Source: Pirellulales bacterium | Lineage (GTDB): Bacteria; Planctomycetota; Planctomycetia; Pirellulales; JAICIG01 | Assembly: GCA_035534975.1 (NCBI GenBank) | Contig: DATLQY010000933.1 | Location: 1 to 14,119 of the forward strand | DNA length: 14,119 nucleotides | Reading direction: 5' to 3' | Shown here: positions 13,055 through 14,119 of the stretch, piece by piece | How positions within the stretch are numbered: the first letter of the stretch is position 1 | Layout: every line of letters begins with the position of its first letter | Program-made: the position numbers and the translations under genes | The notes under the pieces: generated by a model | Databases searched by the model: none | Told to the model about the DNA's origin: nothing | What the model saw: the letters and a program-made list of their open reading frames with translations, nothing else

Positions 13055-14059
13055 CTACGCCGTCTTCGGCTTGGCGATGTTCACGTAGGTGTGGACGTGC
13101 GGCGAGCCGCGGAAGTGCCAGACGAAGCCCGGCCCTTCAAGACGCCAGATGTCCCACTCGTGGTCGTTGCCCAAATCGCCCGTCTGGTAGAAGGCGGCGT
13201 GCAGCTTTTCAAGGCCCCCCTCGGCCTTGAGCACGGCCAGCGCTTCGTCGACGTCTTCCTGGCGATAGGGGGCCAGGATCACCTTGATCACCTCCTCGAC
13301 CAGGCCCCTCTGGTCGCCGGACAGCTCGCCCACGGCGATGCCTGGGAACTTGCCCGCCGCCCCCTGCACATCCACCTGGTCCTCGCGTGGTGCCTGGGTC
13401 AGCAGGGCCTTTTCACGCTGCTTGCCATCGAGCGCCGCGAATACCTCGTTGGCCTTCCTGGTCTGGTAGTAGAAAACATTGCCGGGCAGCCCCTTCGTGC
13501 CGTCGCCTTCGCCGTGGCCATAGATGATCGGCCCGCCAAAGGCCGCGTTTTCGACGCTGTCGCCGTCGGCGCGGATCGTGAGATGGCGGCCGGTCATTTC
13601 GAATTCGAACCCGCCGCTGCCCGGCTCGCCGAAAAGGGCCACATGGTACTGGCTGACGCCGCCGTCGTCGTCATCCATCTGCTTGAGGAACCGCTCGTAG
13701 CCGTCGGGGCTGGTCACGCCGCGGAAAATCTCGTCGATCGTGACTTGCTGCTCCTTGGTGAAGAAGTCGCCGATCTTCGGTTCGGTGATCGCCCAGTTGG
13801 CGTTGATCTTGTGCCGTAACGGGTGGTCGAAGGGAAAGCAAATCGCCTTCCGCTGATCGGCCGAGAGCGATTCGTACAAACGCTTGGCGGAGGTTTCGGC
13901 CGCGCTGGCCGAAGTGGGCGACGCCGCGGCCGGACGCAAACTCGCGGCCAAAGGCGCCACGCTCGCCGCCACCGCCGCCGTGCCGAGAGAACGCACGAAC
14001 TCCCGCCGGGTCCAACCGCTTTCACATTCCGGACAAATCACCTTTCGGTTCTCGTTCAT
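13055..14059 (-). CDS. TAT-secreted protein of unknown function, DUF3500-like (334 aa)
   Basis: AAGGAG lies about 9 nt upstream of ATG 14059. A twin-arginine motif (TRREFVRSLGTAAVAASVA) sits after a CPEC motif. The C-terminal HEWDIWRLEGPGFVWHFRGSPHVHTY resembles the conserved C-terminus of DUF3500 proteins. The DUF3500 assignment is from memory and has not been searched. The ORF track start at 14098 adds 13 aa before a better-supported start. Confidence 0.75.
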   Translation of the reverse strand: MNENRKVICPECESGWTRREFVRSLGTAAVAASVAPLAASLRPAAASPTSASAAETSAKRLYESLSADQRKAICFPFDHPLRHKINANWAITEPKIGDFFTKEQQVTIDEIFRGVTSPDGYERFLKQMDDDDGGVSQYHVALFGEPGSGGFEFEMTGRHLTIRADGDSVENAAFGGPIIYGHGEGDGTKGLPGNVFYYQTRKANEVFAALDGKQREKALLTQAPREDQVDVQGAAGKFPGIAVGELSGDQRGLVEEVIKVILAPYRQEDVDEALAVLKAEGGLEKLHAAFYQTGDLGNDHEWDIWRLEGPGFVWHFRGSPHVHTYVNIAKPKTA

Positions 14060-14119
14060 CGCCAACACTCCTTTCACTCCGGGAATGATCAGACTCACGT
14101 GCCCGTAGTTTACACTCCG

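Noticed and set aside
1-14119. CRISPR arrays, rRNA, tRNA, transposase/integrase genes
   Set aside because: I scanned the intergenic regions. The only tandem repeats are the 7-bp (x4) unit and the short REP-like palindromes. There are no regularly spaced 25-40-bp repeats, no cloverleaf-compatible segments, and no transposase-like ORFs.

Overview
This is a high-GC (roughly 65-70%) bacterial chromosomal window. The gene content suggests a Planctomycetota-like genome: TAT- and Sec-secreted proteins of unknown function, a DUF3500-like protein, a TIGR02574-type antitoxin, weak Shine-Dalgarno usage, and many long spurious antisense ORFs caused by GC bias. I support 11 protein-coding genes, listed left to right.

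- (1) A PemK/MazF-family toxin gene runs off the left edge of the window. It is missing from the ORF track because it has no stop codon inside the window.
- (2) A 200-aa protein of unknown function sits 14 bp upstream of the toxin and is its likely non-canonical partner.
- (3) A membrane-anchored Hanks-type Ser/Thr kinase with a large extracytoplasmic C-terminal domain.
- (4) A secreted alpha/beta-hydrolase (lipase class 2 / PGAP1-like).
- (5) An orphan TIGR02574-type antitoxin-like protein.
- (6) A secreted 593-aa protein of unknown function.
- (7) A UbiD-family decarboxylase.
- (8-9) An NfeD-like (YqiJ/DUF1449-like) membrane protein and a flotillin/SPFH (YqiK/FloT-like) gene, overlapping as an operon.
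- (10) A secreted transglutaminase-like (SirB1/UPF0162-like) protein.
- (11) A TAT-secreted DUF3500-like protein.

The intergenic regions carry unusually many structured repeats:
- A 470-bp AT-richer island (885-1353) with a TATAAT promoter, a 14-bp palindromic operator, three TGAGACA motifs, a 21-bp inverted repeat and 15-bp direct repeats.
- Twin 22-bp hairpins that are exact reverse complements of each other (3633-3710).
- A REP-like hairpin family found at 7361-7383 and 9429-9452, plus partial copies.
- A (CATTGGT)x4 heptanucleotide tandem repeat overlapping the UbiD start codon, with an inverted partial copy upstream.
- Twin hairpins at 12991-13044.

I found no rRNA, tRNA or CRISPR array. 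The most interesting candidate is the MazF-like toxin with its atypical 200-aa upstream partner and operator-bearing promoter island.
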